Part shown: positions 6,774 through 15,755 of the stretch, piece by piece | Numbering within the stretch: position 1 is the stretch's first letter | How the letters are laid out: every line of letters begins with the position of its first letter | Virus record (IMG/VR): IMGVR_UViG_3300045457_000120 | Coordinates: 1 to 24,024 of that record | Strand: one strand, 5' to 3' | Source: a virus | Taxonomy: Duplodnaviria; Caudoviricetes | DNA: 24,024 nucleotides | Position numbers and translations under genes: made by a program | Notes under the pieces: generated by a model | Told to the model about the DNA's origin: nothing | Database searches by the model: none | What the model saw: the letters and a program-made list of their open reading frames with translations, nothing else

Positions 6774-7144
6774 GCCGTCCACTCCTGGGTGAATTGGTAC
6801 GCGGTACCGTTGATGTCGACCACCAGTGTAACGCGGTTCAGCGCGGGGATGAATGCCGAAGTGGCAACCGTCCAGCCGTAGGGGGCGGCGGTCATCCATG
6901 CCAAGTCGGTCGACATCGCGTCGGACAGCCGCAGCAGGTTGCCGCTGGTGGGCGGGAGCTCGTCAAGCAATTGCTGCGTTCGGCTCGTCATGCTCTCGTC
7001 TGCCCACCACGTAGCCCCCTCCTGGTTGCCGCCAAACAGGGAGATGTACGCAGCGCTGCCAGGCAGGTCGGTGAGGGTAACCACTCCATTAACTGCCTCG
7101 ACTTCGCCGTCATCAGGCGTCTGGAAAAGTAGAACATCGCTCAT
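6770..7144 (-). CDS. baseplate protein (Mu gp46-like)
   Basis: AYISLFGGN...WWAD and DLAWM motifs; lies between spike and J. Confidence 0.7.
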   Translation of the reverse strand: MSDVLLFQTPDDGEVEAVNGVVTLTDLPGSAAYISLFGGNQEGATWWADESMTSRTQQLLDELPPTSGNLLRLSDAMSTDLAWMTAAPYGWTVATSAFIPALNRVTLVVDINGTAYQFTQEWTA

Positions 7145-7638
7145 ATCGTAGGTGACTCCGTCTCTTGTTCGGCGTTGTTGTCGCTGTCATTGCCTTGGGC
7201 GTGCGTGTGCCCACGCAAACTGACCCCGTCGGACGTAACGACATCCCCATCGGTAGTCATGCGGGCGCCATTCCCAACGACATCGCCACCAGCATCCAAC
7301 TCGAAATAGCCTGCAGCATTCGACAGCCTTGCTGACCCGTCCGACTTAAGCCACAGCTCGACTACCTGCGACCCATCCGCGGTGCGCGCATAGATCCGAC
7401 GCTCACCGGGTCCGGCTGTCTGGGCGTTTAGTGGGTCGACATACCCTACTGCCGCGAACCCGCCGGATTGTGGCATCTCGACCAGCACGGCGTAGTCCCC
7501 CGGCAGCGGATGGGCGTCGTCACCGGGCTGCTGGGCGTGCGGAGCCTGCCGGATCGCACCCCCGCCTGGGTCGCACTTTGTGTCACTCTTACCGCCCACG
7601 CCGCGGATAAACTCGAGAACCTTTGCTATTCGTCCCAC
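7141..7638 (-). CDS. baseplate central spike (Mu gp45/P2 gpV-like)
   Basis: PLPGD, GPGERRIYAR and C-terminal VSLRGHTH (HxH iron-binding apex); follows the hub gene. Confidence 0.8.
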   Translation of the reverse strand: MGRIAKVLEFIRGVGGKSDTKCDPGGGAIRQAPHAQQPGDDAHPLPGDYAVLVEMPQSGGFAAVGYVDPLNAQTAGPGERRIYARTADGSQVVELWLKSDGSARLSNAAGYFELDAGGDVVGNGARMTTDGDVVTSDGVSLRGHTHAQGNDSDNNAEQETESPTI

Positions 7639-8861
7639 GGCATTTGCTCCGGCAGCTTACCGGACAGGGTGCCCGGCAGGATCACAGTCAGGGTGGCCGT
7701 CTCCGAGCTGTCGCTTTTGTTGAGGCGAGCAGACCTGATCAGCATTGTAAACGCCGAGTATACCATGGCCCCCGGGGCGAATAGAGAGATGTAGCTACCG
7801 GGCCACCACAGGTCCCCATTCTGATCGCGCCACGTGGCCACCTCGAGCTCGTAGGATACCGCGTTCGCCGCCATGCGCCCTGCCTTGGTCTGTACCGTCT
7901 GCTCGATCGTGTTGTCCACAGTGTCGCCAGCTTCGAACACATAGGGGCGCAGGCTGTCGGCCAAGCGTGCGTTCTTTACGGTGAACTGGGTCCCCGCCAA
8001 GCCGATGACCACAGGCGCGATCCCGGTCACGTGGCTGTAATAGTCCTGGGGACTGAACTGCGGAGTCACCGAGATAAGCGGCGACAAACCCTCGGCCAAC
8101 TTGGCAACCACCTGTCTGGCGTTGCCCTCACGGGTGAACCGCAAGCGGCCATCCGGAGAGGCCCCAATCACAAAATTCCGCTGGGCCGCCAGGTCAGACA
8201 GAAAGTCCAGGGCCATTGTTCCCGGTGATAGCGCCGCACGTTCGAACACAGGGCCTGGGTCTGCAGTGAACTCGACGGACAGGCCGAACAAACCCGCTAC
8301 CGCCGCTGCGATCGTCTGCAGCGTTGCGCCAGACCATTCTAGGGGGTATGCCGACGCGGGGGCGGTACAGTCCCCCATAACGCCTGCCGTGGAGTAACAC
8401 GCCACCGACACCGTGCGCCCATCTGGACCTGTTTTCGGCGTTGGCGCGACCATCGTTCCGGTGAACAGCCTAGCGCCGCCAACGTCGACAGAAACCGGCG
8501 AGTAGGAGAAGGGCTTAAACAGCGACCGCTGGTCCGCCATATTCGGCTCGAATGGGGCTTCAAACTCTACGGCTGATTGCGTATCGAGCGAGAGGGTGAT
8601 CGACACTGACGTCCAGAACCGGAAGCGGGTGCCCCCTACCGTCAGCGCGACCTCATTCGGCGAGCTGGCCTTGCGGTTCACGTCCGCGTCTACAAAATAG
8701 TCCGGGTCGTCCGGCACGACCAGGCTTGACCCTGCGGCCAGCGGTTCATCGGCCCCGGGGTTCCCTTTCCGGAGGAGGGACGCTTTCTGGTCATCCCCGT
8801 ATACCTTGCGGGCGATCTGCTCGTAGGTGTCCCCCGGCTGGACGCGGTAACTACTCGCCAT
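7626..8861 (-). CDS. baseplate hub (Mu gp44/P-like) with N-terminal LysM domain (411 aa)
   Basis: YRVQPGDTYEQIARKVYG...NP LysM, then hub-like FRFWTSVSIT and TWRDQNGDLWWPG. ATG 8861 has a GAGAGG RBS. Confidence 0.85.
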   Translation of the reverse strand: MASSYRVQPGDTYEQIARKVYGDDQKASLLRKGNPGADEPLAAGSSLVVPDDPDYFVDADVNRKASSPNEVALTVGGTRFRFWTSVSITLSLDTQSAVEFEAPFEPNMADQRSLFKPFSYSPVSVDVGGARLFTGTMVAPTPKTGPDGRTVSVACYSTAGVMGDCTAPASAYPLEWSGATLQTIAAAVAGLFGLSVEFTADPGPVFERAALSPGTMALDFLSDLAAQRNFVIGASPDGRLRFTREGNARQVVAKLAEGLSPLISVTPQFSPQDYYSHVTGIAPVVIGLAGTQFTVKNARLADSLRPYVFEAGDTVDNTIEQTVQTKAGRMAANAVSYELEVATWRDQNGDLWWPGSYISLFAPGAMVYSAFTMLIRSARLNKSDSSETATLTVILPGTLSGKLPEQMPWDE

Positions 8862-9033
8862 CGTATGCCTCTCGGTCAGATTGGGTCGGTTCGGTGGCGG
8901 ACCCGTGTGATAGGTATCCCGCCAGACCGGCCACGTCGTCCGCCACAAGCAACGCGGCCCCCAGTCTTATCGAGGGGAGTTGGGTAGCAGTGAATAGCGC
9001 CGATTGCTCGTCGCGGGCCTCTATCTTACGCAT
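8851..9033 (-). CDS. hypothetical protein (60 aa, MRKIEARDEQ...)
   Basis: AGGAGG RBS upstream of ATG 9033; fills the gap between gp43-like and hub genes and overlaps both. Confidence 0.6.
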   Translation of the reverse strand: MRKIEARDEQSALFTATQLPSIRLGAALLVADDVAGLAGYLSHGSATEPTQSDREAYDGE

Positions 9034-10246
9034 AGTAGACAACCCTCCTACCTCTGGGCAGCTCGATAATCTCATCTCCGGACAAGTCGTTGTCAGCCAT
9101 CAGCACGTCGAGCTTGTCGTCCACTGAGCCGTACACTTCAAAGCACACATCGATAATCGACCGGTCGCTGGTCAGCACCAGCACGCGCTCGGCGGCCAAG
9201 TCGAACGACTGGTCCACCAGAGCGCCGGCCACTGTGGCCAGCAGGTCCTGAGTCGCCTGCCAGCTCGACCCGTCGTCTACCTCGCCAAGTGCGGCGAACT
9301 GCTCGTCACGCCATGCCGCCAGCTCATCAAGCCGGGTGAGTAGCTGCTCGGCGGCCAGCACCGCCTCGGGGCGACGGGTGTAGGTCGTATTAAACGCGGC
9401 TTGTGCGGCTGCGGTGGCGGCAGTTGAGGCGAACAGGTCACGGTTATAGAGCGCCGTCCGGTTCTCCGCGGGCCGGCCGACGTACTGCTGAAACAGGTTG
9501 CTGTACGCGTCAAGCCTGGCGCCGACCTGCTGAGAAACGTGGGCTGGCGTCTTGATGAGCTGAATCGTCTGGTAAGCCAGCGTCAGCGGCTGCCCGATCA
9601 GCACATCGAGCCCACGGTTAATTGACGCCTGGATCTGGTCAAAGGCGCGCTGAGTGCCTGTAACCGTATCAGCTATGGGGCGAAGAATATCGTTGGCGGT
9701 GTTGAGGGCGGCGTTATACCGAGAACGCAGGTCCGCGAGCACCGTGGCCGTCGATTCGACGAAAGCCGCCCCGAACCATTGCGCCTGGGCCTCTTCGGCT
9801 GCGGCGACTTGATCGGCGACTGCGCCAGCCGTGTCCGCTACTGGTGACGGGTAAATAAGCCCATTGGTCTGGAAGAAGGTTACTTCAAGGACTGCCTGGT
9901 TCGCGGCGCTGACCAGGTCGTCACGCCGTGATATGTCGCCGAACGGCACGACGAGAACCGACCCGTAAACCGGATGTTCCAGCGTGCCCTGTCCGCGTTC
10001 GTTCAAGGCGTCCTCGAAAGCGGTGGCCTGCAGGTCACAGTCCGGGCCGGAAAAGAACATCCGCAGCGGGTACCGGCGACCGGTGCGCCCCAGGTCCTGA
10101 ACAAACGTCCCGTCCGCGTCTGTGAACTCGAAGGTGGCGCCTTTGACCGATACCGTGCGGCCGACGTCTTCATACTGGAATGTCAGGCGGGTGCCGCTTG
10201 GGCTGGTATACGCCGCCTCTCTAAGCCTGTTTTCCCAAGTCATCAA
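9026..10246 (-). CDS. Mu gp43/N-like 'DNA circularization' tail-initiator protein
   Basis: W..RLREA, VQDLGR.GRRYP, GTLEHPVYG N-terminal motifs and a LysM-like C-terminus; directly after the tape measure. Confidence 0.85.
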   Translation of the reverse strand: MMTWENRLREAAYTSPSGTRLTFQYEDVGRTVSVKGATFEFTDADGTFVQDLGRTGRRYPLRMFFSGPDCDLQATAFEDALNERGQGTLEHPVYGSVLVVPFGDISRRDDLVSAANQAVLEVTFFQTNGLIYPSPVADTAGAVADQVAAAEEAQAQWFGAAFVESTATVLADLRSRYNAALNTANDILRPIADTVTGTQRAFDQIQASINRGLDVLIGQPLTLAYQTIQLIKTPAHVSQQVGARLDAYSNLFQQYVGRPAENRTALYNRDLFASTAATAAAQAAFNTTYTRRPEAVLAAEQLLTRLDELAAWRDEQFAALGEVDDGSSWQATQDLLATVAGALVDQSFDLAAERVLVLTSDRSIIDVCFEVYGSVDDKLDVLMADNDLSGDEIIELPRGRRVVYYA

Positions 10247-12057
10247 AAGCCACCTGTTGGTTTGAGTACGAGGCCGGGGGTCTCTCCTCCGGTCTGGGTA
10301 ACACTGGAGTGCGTGGTCTCGTCGCGGATCACCACTTCGGTCGTGTTGGTGGTTCGGGTCTCGCTGAGTGACTGAGCGGTGCGTTGCTGCGGCGTAACCA
10401 TCTCGAATGCCGGCACGTCGCCGTTTACGAGGCCAGTAGGCCGCTGCTCAGGCACTGGCCCGCGTAACGCTATCGGGTCAAAGCCGAACATGCCCGTGAC
10501 ATTGTTGATGCGGTTAATCCAGCGGTTCAAGAAGCCGTCCCACTCTCGGCTAATCCACGTCATGGCGTCGGTGCCGATAGACTTGATGCCATCCCACATG
10601 TTGCCGAACCCCGCGGTGGTGTCTGCCCACAGCTCGGAGAAGTATTCGGAGATTGGGTCCCAATAGGTATAGACCGCCACCGCTGCCGCCGCGAGACCCA
10701 TAGCGAGCAGCACCAGCGGGTTTACCGCAGCGAGGGCGTTTGAGACGGTCAACGCCGCATTGAGCGCCCAGACCGCGCCGACAAGAAGTCCGACGCCCTT
10801 CGCGGCCATCACCAGGGTGTCGATATTGTCAGCCAGCTTGAGCACCCACTCGCCGATCCCGCTGGCTACGACGTCGCCATTGGCTCGCACCCAGTCCGTC
10901 ATCCGGTCAATGACTTCTTTGATCGGGCCCCCAGTCATACTGAACAGGGAGATCGACACGCCTTCGATGGCGGAATTCAGGTTGTTCAGGCTGCCACGGG
11001 TAGTGTCCCGCATGGTTGCTGCCATCTTCGACGTGGACCCGGTTGCCCCCTCCAGTTGCTTGCGGTATTTGCGTAGCGCGTCACCGCCGGCTTGCAGCAC
11101 CGCCACGTTACCGGCCAGCCCCTCGCGGCCAAATAGCGCCTCGATGGCGGCCTGACGTTGGGTCTTGGTCAGCTTGGCGGTCTTGGCGTTGACCTCGTCG
11201 ATCAAGTCCGGCAAGTCTTTCAATGACCCGTTGGCTTGCTTGAGGCGGATCCCGAGACGCTGCACCACCTTTGCCGCGGCGCCGGTGGGGTTGGAGAGAT
11301 TCAGGAAGGAGTTGGCGATTGCGGTACCGGCGATCTCCGCCTTGATGCCTGCGTTCGCCATGATGCCCGCCTGGGCCGCCACCGTCTCGAAGGAAGCACC
11401 GGCCAGCGTGGCCACGGGGCCGCCCTTCTTGAGCGTTTCGAACAGCATTTCCATATTCGTGTTCGACGTGTTGGCAGTCATTGCCATGACGTCCGACACT
11501 CTGGACAGATTCGCCGACGCCTCTGCCGCCGTCTTGGCCTGCATGTTGAAGGCGCCCATGGTATCGGTGGCGATGTCCGTAGCGGTGGCCAGGTCCGTCT
11601 GTGATGCGGTGGCCAGGTCGATAAGGCCGGGAAGCGAAGCGATCGAGGTCTGAACGTCCATCCCGACCATTGCCAGATAGTTCAAAGCCTCGGCGGCTTT
11701 GGTCGCCGTGAACTCGGTAGTGGCCCCCGCCTCCATCGCTGCCGCTTGCAGCTGTGCGAACTGCTCAGTCCCCTTTTTCACATCGCCAGAGAACTTGGCC
11801 GCGGCGTTAACCAGCGTCTGTTCGAAGTCGATACCGGCGAATGTCGCCGTCTTTAGACCGGCGGTGAGCCCCGCCAGCGATATTAAACCGGCAATACCTA
11901 GTTTTTTTGTGAAACCTTCGACAGTACGTGTCACGCCGCGGAAACCAGTCTGAGCAGACCGCGTAAACGTGCCGAGTTTAGACTGCATGCGGGAGATGGG
12001 GGCGGTCATCTTGTCCACCGCCTTGAAGATTGTGGCAATCTCGAACTTGTTGGCCAC
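10243..12057 (-). CDS. tail tape measure protein (604 aa)
   Basis: TIFKAVDKMTAPI start, TP901-type core (GATTEFTATKAAEALNYLAMVG; GIKAEIAGTA), hydrophobic stretch and Trp-spaced C-terminal repeats. Confidence 0.92.
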   Translation of the reverse strand: MANKFEIATIFKAVDKMTAPISRMQSKLGTFTRSAQTGFRGVTRTVEGFTKKLGIAGLISLAGLTAGLKTATFAGIDFEQTLVNAAAKFSGDVKKGTEQFAQLQAAAMEAGATTEFTATKAAEALNYLAMVGMDVQTSIASLPGLIDLATASQTDLATATDIATDTMGAFNMQAKTAAEASANLSRVSDVMAMTANTSNTNMEMLFETLKKGGPVATLAGASFETVAAQAGIMANAGIKAEIAGTAIANSFLNLSNPTGAAAKVVQRLGIRLKQANGSLKDLPDLIDEVNAKTAKLTKTQRQAAIEALFGREGLAGNVAVLQAGGDALRKYRKQLEGATGSTSKMAATMRDTTRGSLNNLNSAIEGVSISLFSMTGGPIKEVIDRMTDWVRANGDVVASGIGEWVLKLADNIDTLVMAAKGVGLLVGAVWALNAALTVSNALAAVNPLVLLAMGLAAAAVAVYTYWDPISEYFSELWADTTAGFGNMWDGIKSIGTDAMTWISREWDGFLNRWINRINNVTGMFGFDPIALRGPVPEQRPTGLVNGDVPAFEMVTPQQRTAQSLSETRTTNTTEVVIRDETTHSSVTQTGGETPGLVLKPTGGF

Positions 12058-12059
12058 GA

Positions 12060-12655
12060 TTAGCCCCCTTTGGTCGCCTTGAGCAGCTCGGGGACGAGCG
12101 CCCGGTAGAATGTATCTATTTCATCAAGAGTTAGCGTTCTGACGTCGGGGATCCCCGCGTAGTCCCTCGCGCCCTGGAGCATTTGAAACAACGGGGCCCC
12201 GTAGCCCCGCTGTCTCGTCAATGCACCACCGGTCACGATCTCCGCCGTCACATGGCCAAAAAAAGTGACACCAACGCGAACAACACGCGGATGTCCTTCG
12301 GCTTGAGCTGGGATGGCGGTACGCCGCCACCGGTCAGCTCCTTGATGACGGTGAACATCTTGGCGGTGTTCTCGCCCGACTTCACGCGATCCATCGACAT
12401 GAGCGTGGCGCCGGTCATCTCCTTGAACTCCATGGCCTCGCCGCCAGTGGTCGTGTAAACCGGACGCCCGTCGTCGGTCAGGACCAGCTCGCCGCTGGTA
12501 ATGGCGCGGCAAACCTTACGCTTGAGGTCGTCAAACCCTTTCACGGTGTCTTCGTCCTCGCCGGACATATCGATTTCGACGCCCATCGTAGCGCACATCC
12601 GCTCGAATTCCTGCTCCGCCATCTCCGGCGGCATGACCGCTTGTTTATCGCTCAT
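12060..12655 (-). CDS. tail assembly chaperone, -1 frameshift-extended form (about 198 aa; lambda G-T / P2 E+E' equivalent)
   Basis: Slippery T TTT TTG at 12263-12257. The -1 frame stays open for 65 codons (GHVTAE...KATKGG) and ends 2 nt before the tape-measure start. Confidence 0.8.
12248..12655 (-). CDS. tail assembly chaperone, short form (135 aa)
   Basis: Between tube and tape measure; acidic; ends ...VSLFLAM across the slippery site. Start reassigned to ATG 12655. Confidence 0.8.
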   Translation of the reverse strand: MSDKQAVMPPEMAEQEFERMCATMGVEIDMSGEDEDTVKGFDDLKRKVCRAITSGELVLTDDGRPVYTTTGGEAMEFKEMTGATLMSMDRVKSGENTAKMFTVIKELTGGGVPPSQLKPKDIRVLFALVSLFLAM

Positions 12656-12660
12656 CTTCT

Positions 12661-12742
12661 TAGCCCTGTAGATTAGGTCGGGGGCGCCCGCTTTCACGGA
12701 AAGGCGCAGGGCTAGTACACCGCGCCCCCGATAGAACCCTGC
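12661..12742 (-). promoter_or_regulatory. structured (pseudoknot-capable) 5' leader of the chaperone gene
   Basis: Interleaved perfect inverted repeats 12722-12731/12678-12687 (10 bp) and 12707-12714/12661-12668 (8 bp), plus an internal hairpin at 12689-12706. Confidence 0.55.
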
Positions 12743-12768
12743 CCACGTAGTATGCACTGAACGGCCAT

Positions 12769-12798
12769 AAAGAAAAAGGCCACCGGTTAAGGTGGCCT
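12769..12798 (-). terminator. rho-independent terminator after the tail tube gene
   Basis: Minus strand AGGCCACC-ttaacc-GGTGGCCT followed by TTTTCTTT. Confidence 0.8.
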
Positions 12799-12814
12799 AT
12801 CGCTGCCGCGTGGC

Positions 12815-13192
12815 TTACTGCCGCGTCAACTTACCCGGTCCTGACAGCGTCAGCGCCGAAGTGGTCGACATGCTGCTGGTCTGTTCCTCGCCGGACACCT
12901 GGCCGAGCCCAGAATACACCGCGCCTGATGCGTAGGTGATGTCGATGGGGTAGAAGTCTTTGCGGTCCTTGAGGTCCTGAATGTACTCTTGGTCGCCACG
13001 CAAATCATCAACCGACAGCGTTAGCCCATCAATGAGCCAGCCAACTCTGGTTTTGATGCTGCGGCCGGTCCCGTCGCCATTCATCTGTAGCTCGTTCTCC
13101 CAGCCGCCCAGCTTGCGGTTGCTGTCCGCGTCTGCGGCCACTGAAAAGGTGCGGCCAGCGAGGCCAACACTCTCGATAGATCCACCTGCCAT
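12815..13192 (-). CDS. tail tube protein (125 aa)
   Basis: Size, beta-rich sequence and position directly after the sheath. Confidence 0.8.
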   Translation of the reverse strand: MAGGSIESVGLAGRTFSVAADADSNRKLGGWENELQMNGDGTGRSIKTRVGWLIDGLTLSVDDLRGDQEYIQDLKDRKDFYPIDITYASGAVYSGLGQVSGEEQTSSMSTTSALTLSGPGKLTRQ

Positions 13193-13204
13193 GACGGCCC
13201 CCTG

Positions 13205-14701
13205 TTACGCGATGATGGTCGACGTACCGAAATAGAACCCGAAGTTCAGATCGATACTGTGGATGTTGCTGTTGCCTGACAGCTTGACCGGGAACACCGA
13301 GTTCAGGCGCTTCGGATTCTGACTGTCGATCTCCGACTGGGTGTTCGCCTTGGTGTACGCAGGGTCAGAGATCAGCGCGTTCAGAGCCAAGTTGTCCGCC
13401 ATAACCCCCAGAACCGCTTTGGCGTTCTTGGGTTTCTTGGCTTCCGGATTGACGGTCGGCTGCTCGTCGGGGATCAGCGGCGCGCCGTCCCATTCGGCGG
13501 TGTTGAACTGCAGGTCCACGTTGAAGATGATGTTCTGCAGCTTCACGATGTCGCACACGAAACGGTATGCCGGCGGCTCCTCGCCCGTCGGGTGGTACAT
13601 GGTCACGACGTCCGAGATATTCACCTCGCCGTCGCGCACCTCAACCGTGGACGACCCGCCTTTGACGGCCTGGTCGCGCTGGGCGAAATCCCATTGCACG
13701 CCGTCCGCCCCGGGCAGCACGTAGCTGGCGACCTGGCGGCCATAGTCCCTGGCTGGGTTGTTGTTAGCGACCTTGATGATTCTGGCCAGCTGACCTGCTG
13801 CCGATACGAACGGCAGATTCACTGAGCCAGGGTTCACCAGCTGCACATTGACCCGATCCGTTTTGCGCGCGTCAGTGATAGTAGTGGCATCGTTCGGAGT
13901 TGCCGCCGCGGATCCGGTCATGACGACCAGCGGCTTGCGCACCAATGCACCCCAGCGGCCCTCGCCGAAAGTCTGATACGCGTCAAGAGCGGTAGTGTCA
14001 CCGATATCCAGACAGTTCAACACCATCGTTTCCCACACGTTGCCTACCTGGTCCAGTGCGTCTTGAACGTCAGGGTTCGCAGCACCGCCGGTCGGCTTGG
14101 TGATCGCAAAAGTCACGCCGGTGTCAGTCGGCCCGGACAGTTCGACGATCAGGTCGTTGCCCGATGCGCCTTTCCACTTCGCGGTCAGGTTGACTTTGGT
14201 CGTCCCGTTCGCCGCGACCACAGGCATCTGGAGCACACCGTTTACCGCCGCGATGATTTTGGCGATAACGGCGGTCGGGTTGTCACCGACGGCGATTGTG
14301 AACTGAGCGGACTGGATGCCGCTGACAACGGCACGGAAGGTACCTGCTTTGGTAGCGGTGCCGGTGGGTGTGATGTCTCCAGCCGCGGCGACACCCGCCC
14401 CGTCATCGACAAGCGGATAAAAAGTCACCGGGATGGACCCGACGCCGTCTCCGTTTGCCGGCAGCAGCTGCAGCGCCGCCAGGTGGAGCGGCGACCCGAA
14501 GCCTACAGCCTGGCCCACCTGCGCGGCGGTAGTGGCACGGAATTTGGTGGTCGGGTACGTCGACGCGGTGGCGCCTTGCCCCATCACGGCAACACGCTGC
14601 GGCAGGAAGACGACCCCGCCCACATTCGTATTGAAAAACTCGGTTTTAATGCCGACGACACGCGCTACTGCGCTTGCGTCTACGGCGGTGCTGATAGCCA
14701 T
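13205..14701 (-). CDS. contractile tail sheath protein (Mu gpL-like, 498 aa)
   Basis: GFGSPLH, LTAKWKGASGN, TGGAANPDV..AL and NPKRLN motifs; AGGAGG RBS. Confidence 0.9.
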   Translation of the reverse strand: MAISTAVDASAVARVVGIKTEFFNTNVGGVVFLPQRVAVMGQGATASTYPTTKFRATTAAQVGQAVGFGSPLHLAALQLLPANGDGVGSIPVTFYPLVDDGAGVAAAGDITPTGTATKAGTFRAVVSGIQSAQFTIAVGDNPTAVIAKIIAAVNGVLQMPVVAANGTTKVNLTAKWKGASGNDLIVELSGPTDTGVTFAITKPTGGAANPDVQDALDQVGNVWETMVLNCLDIGDTTALDAYQTFGEGRWGALVRKPLVVMTGSAAATPNDATTITDARKTDRVNVQLVNPGSVNLPFVSAAGQLARIIKVANNNPARDYGRQVASYVLPGADGVQWDFAQRDQAVKGGSSTVEVRDGEVNISDVVTMYHPTGEEPPAYRFVCDIVKLQNIIFNVDLQFNTAEWDGAPLIPDEQPTVNPEAKKPKNAKAVLGVMADNLALNALISDPAYTKANTQSEIDSQNPKRLNSVFPVKLSGNSNIHSIDLNFGFYFGTSTIIA

Positions 14702-14712
14702 GGGCCGGCCTC

Positions 14713-15372
14713 CTACTGGGTGAAGTCAAAATCGACCTGAACAAGCAGTCGCCCGTCAGGGGCCCGCGTGATCCGGTTCGTCATGTATTCTAACTGAACA
14801 GGCGGGTATTGTGGCGAGAATTCATCGTATCGCACAGACATCGTCAGCCGTGCACCCACGCTTTGCATCAGCTCTCTGCTGGCGGCCTGCGGTTGGAAGC
14901 TCGTCACGTTCGATACCCACCGCTGCCCAACTGTGCCGCGCAGGTCTGCGCCAAGATAGGTGTAGTAGCTCGACATCAAGATGTTACGTACAAGACGCAG
15001 CCCTCTGGCCGCAGCCCTCGCCGCGGCTTCGTCACCCGGCTCGTGGCCAGTCAACGTGTCGCGCGAGGCCCCGAAGCCGACCACGTCAATATTGAATTGG
15101 CCGATCATCGTCTGGCGCTCTACAGTATTCGATGACCGGTCATCCGGCGCGGCCGACTCGAACCACACATTGACGATGACCTCATCGTTCACGCCCTCGT
15201 CGTCCCAGGGGTTTGACCGCTCTGTGTAGACCGCGAGGGCCCATTGCTGCGGGTCTTTACCTGCGGTCATCGCGAGTGTCTGCTGCCCCGCGGACTCGGT
15301 GGCGATGATGGCCGCAAGTCGGTCCCGGACAATCTCGAAGGTGTCCTGTTTGTCAATCAGCTCGGTGATCAT
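14713..15372 (-). CDS. probable tail terminator/neck protein (219 aa)
   Basis: Position just before the sheath; ATG 15372 with GGAGG RBS and ATGA overlap. Function inferred from synteny only. Confidence 0.55.
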   Translation of the reverse strand: MITELIDKQDTFEIVRDRLAAIIATESAGQQTLAMTAGKDPQQWALAVYTERSNPWDDEGVNDEVIVNVWFESAAPDDRSSNTVERQTMIGQFNIDVVGFGASRDTLTGHEPGDEAAARAAARGLRLVRNILMSSYYTYLGADLRGTVGQRWVSNVTSFQPQAASRELMQSVGARLTMSVRYDEFSPQYPPVQLEYMTNRITRAPDGRLLVQVDFDFTQ

Positions 15373-15755
15373 GCCTGCCACGCCTCCAGCAAAAGGACGA
15401 TGACGCCCAGTGCTCTGTCTGGCTCGCCGTTGACTACCTTGAACGTAAACGACTGCCCGTTTATATCATTAAACTGAGCGAGCCACGGCTTTGCCCCGCG
15501 TCTGGGCTCACCGAACGGCAGCGCAGAAACGCCTTGAGCGTAAAGAGTTGAGATCCGTACGGTGGCGGATGCTTGCCTGCCGGACACTAATACCCCGGTT
15601 TGCGGGTCCACCATTAAGCTGATGTCGTTTGATTGCGCCGTTACGTTAACCTGCACGCCAGCTGGGGTGGTTAACGTAACGGGCCAGCCGAAGCCGGTCA
15701 GACCGTCCTCGAGAGTAATGGCTAGGTCGGCCTCGGCTAGCTCGCGTAAATTCAT
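15369..15755 (-). CDS. probable head-closure/head-tail joining protein (128 aa)
   Basis: Beta-rich protein of typical size in the neck region with ATGA overlaps. Function inferred from synteny. Confidence 0.55.
   Translation of the reverse strand: MNLRELAEADLAITLEDGLTGFGWPVTLTTPAGVQVNVTAQSNDISLMVDPQTGVLVSGRQASATVRISTLYAQGVSALPFGEPRRGAKPWLAQFNDINGQSFTFKVVNGEPDRALGVIVLLLEAWQA

Noticed and set aside
12060-12512. 150-aa ORF as an independent gene
   Set aside because: Its first part is an Arg-rich off-frame reading of the chaperone gene; only the part after the slippery site is plausible.
12661-12731. HDV-like/theta ribozyme, since the P1-P2-P3-P1'-P2' connectivity is the same
   Set aside because: The L3 region is a longer hairpin rather than the roughly 8-nt loop, there is no GG after P1' for P1.1, and the CUAA is not adjacent to P2'. 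Kept only as a regulatory pseudoknot; an in vitro self-cleavage assay would settle it.
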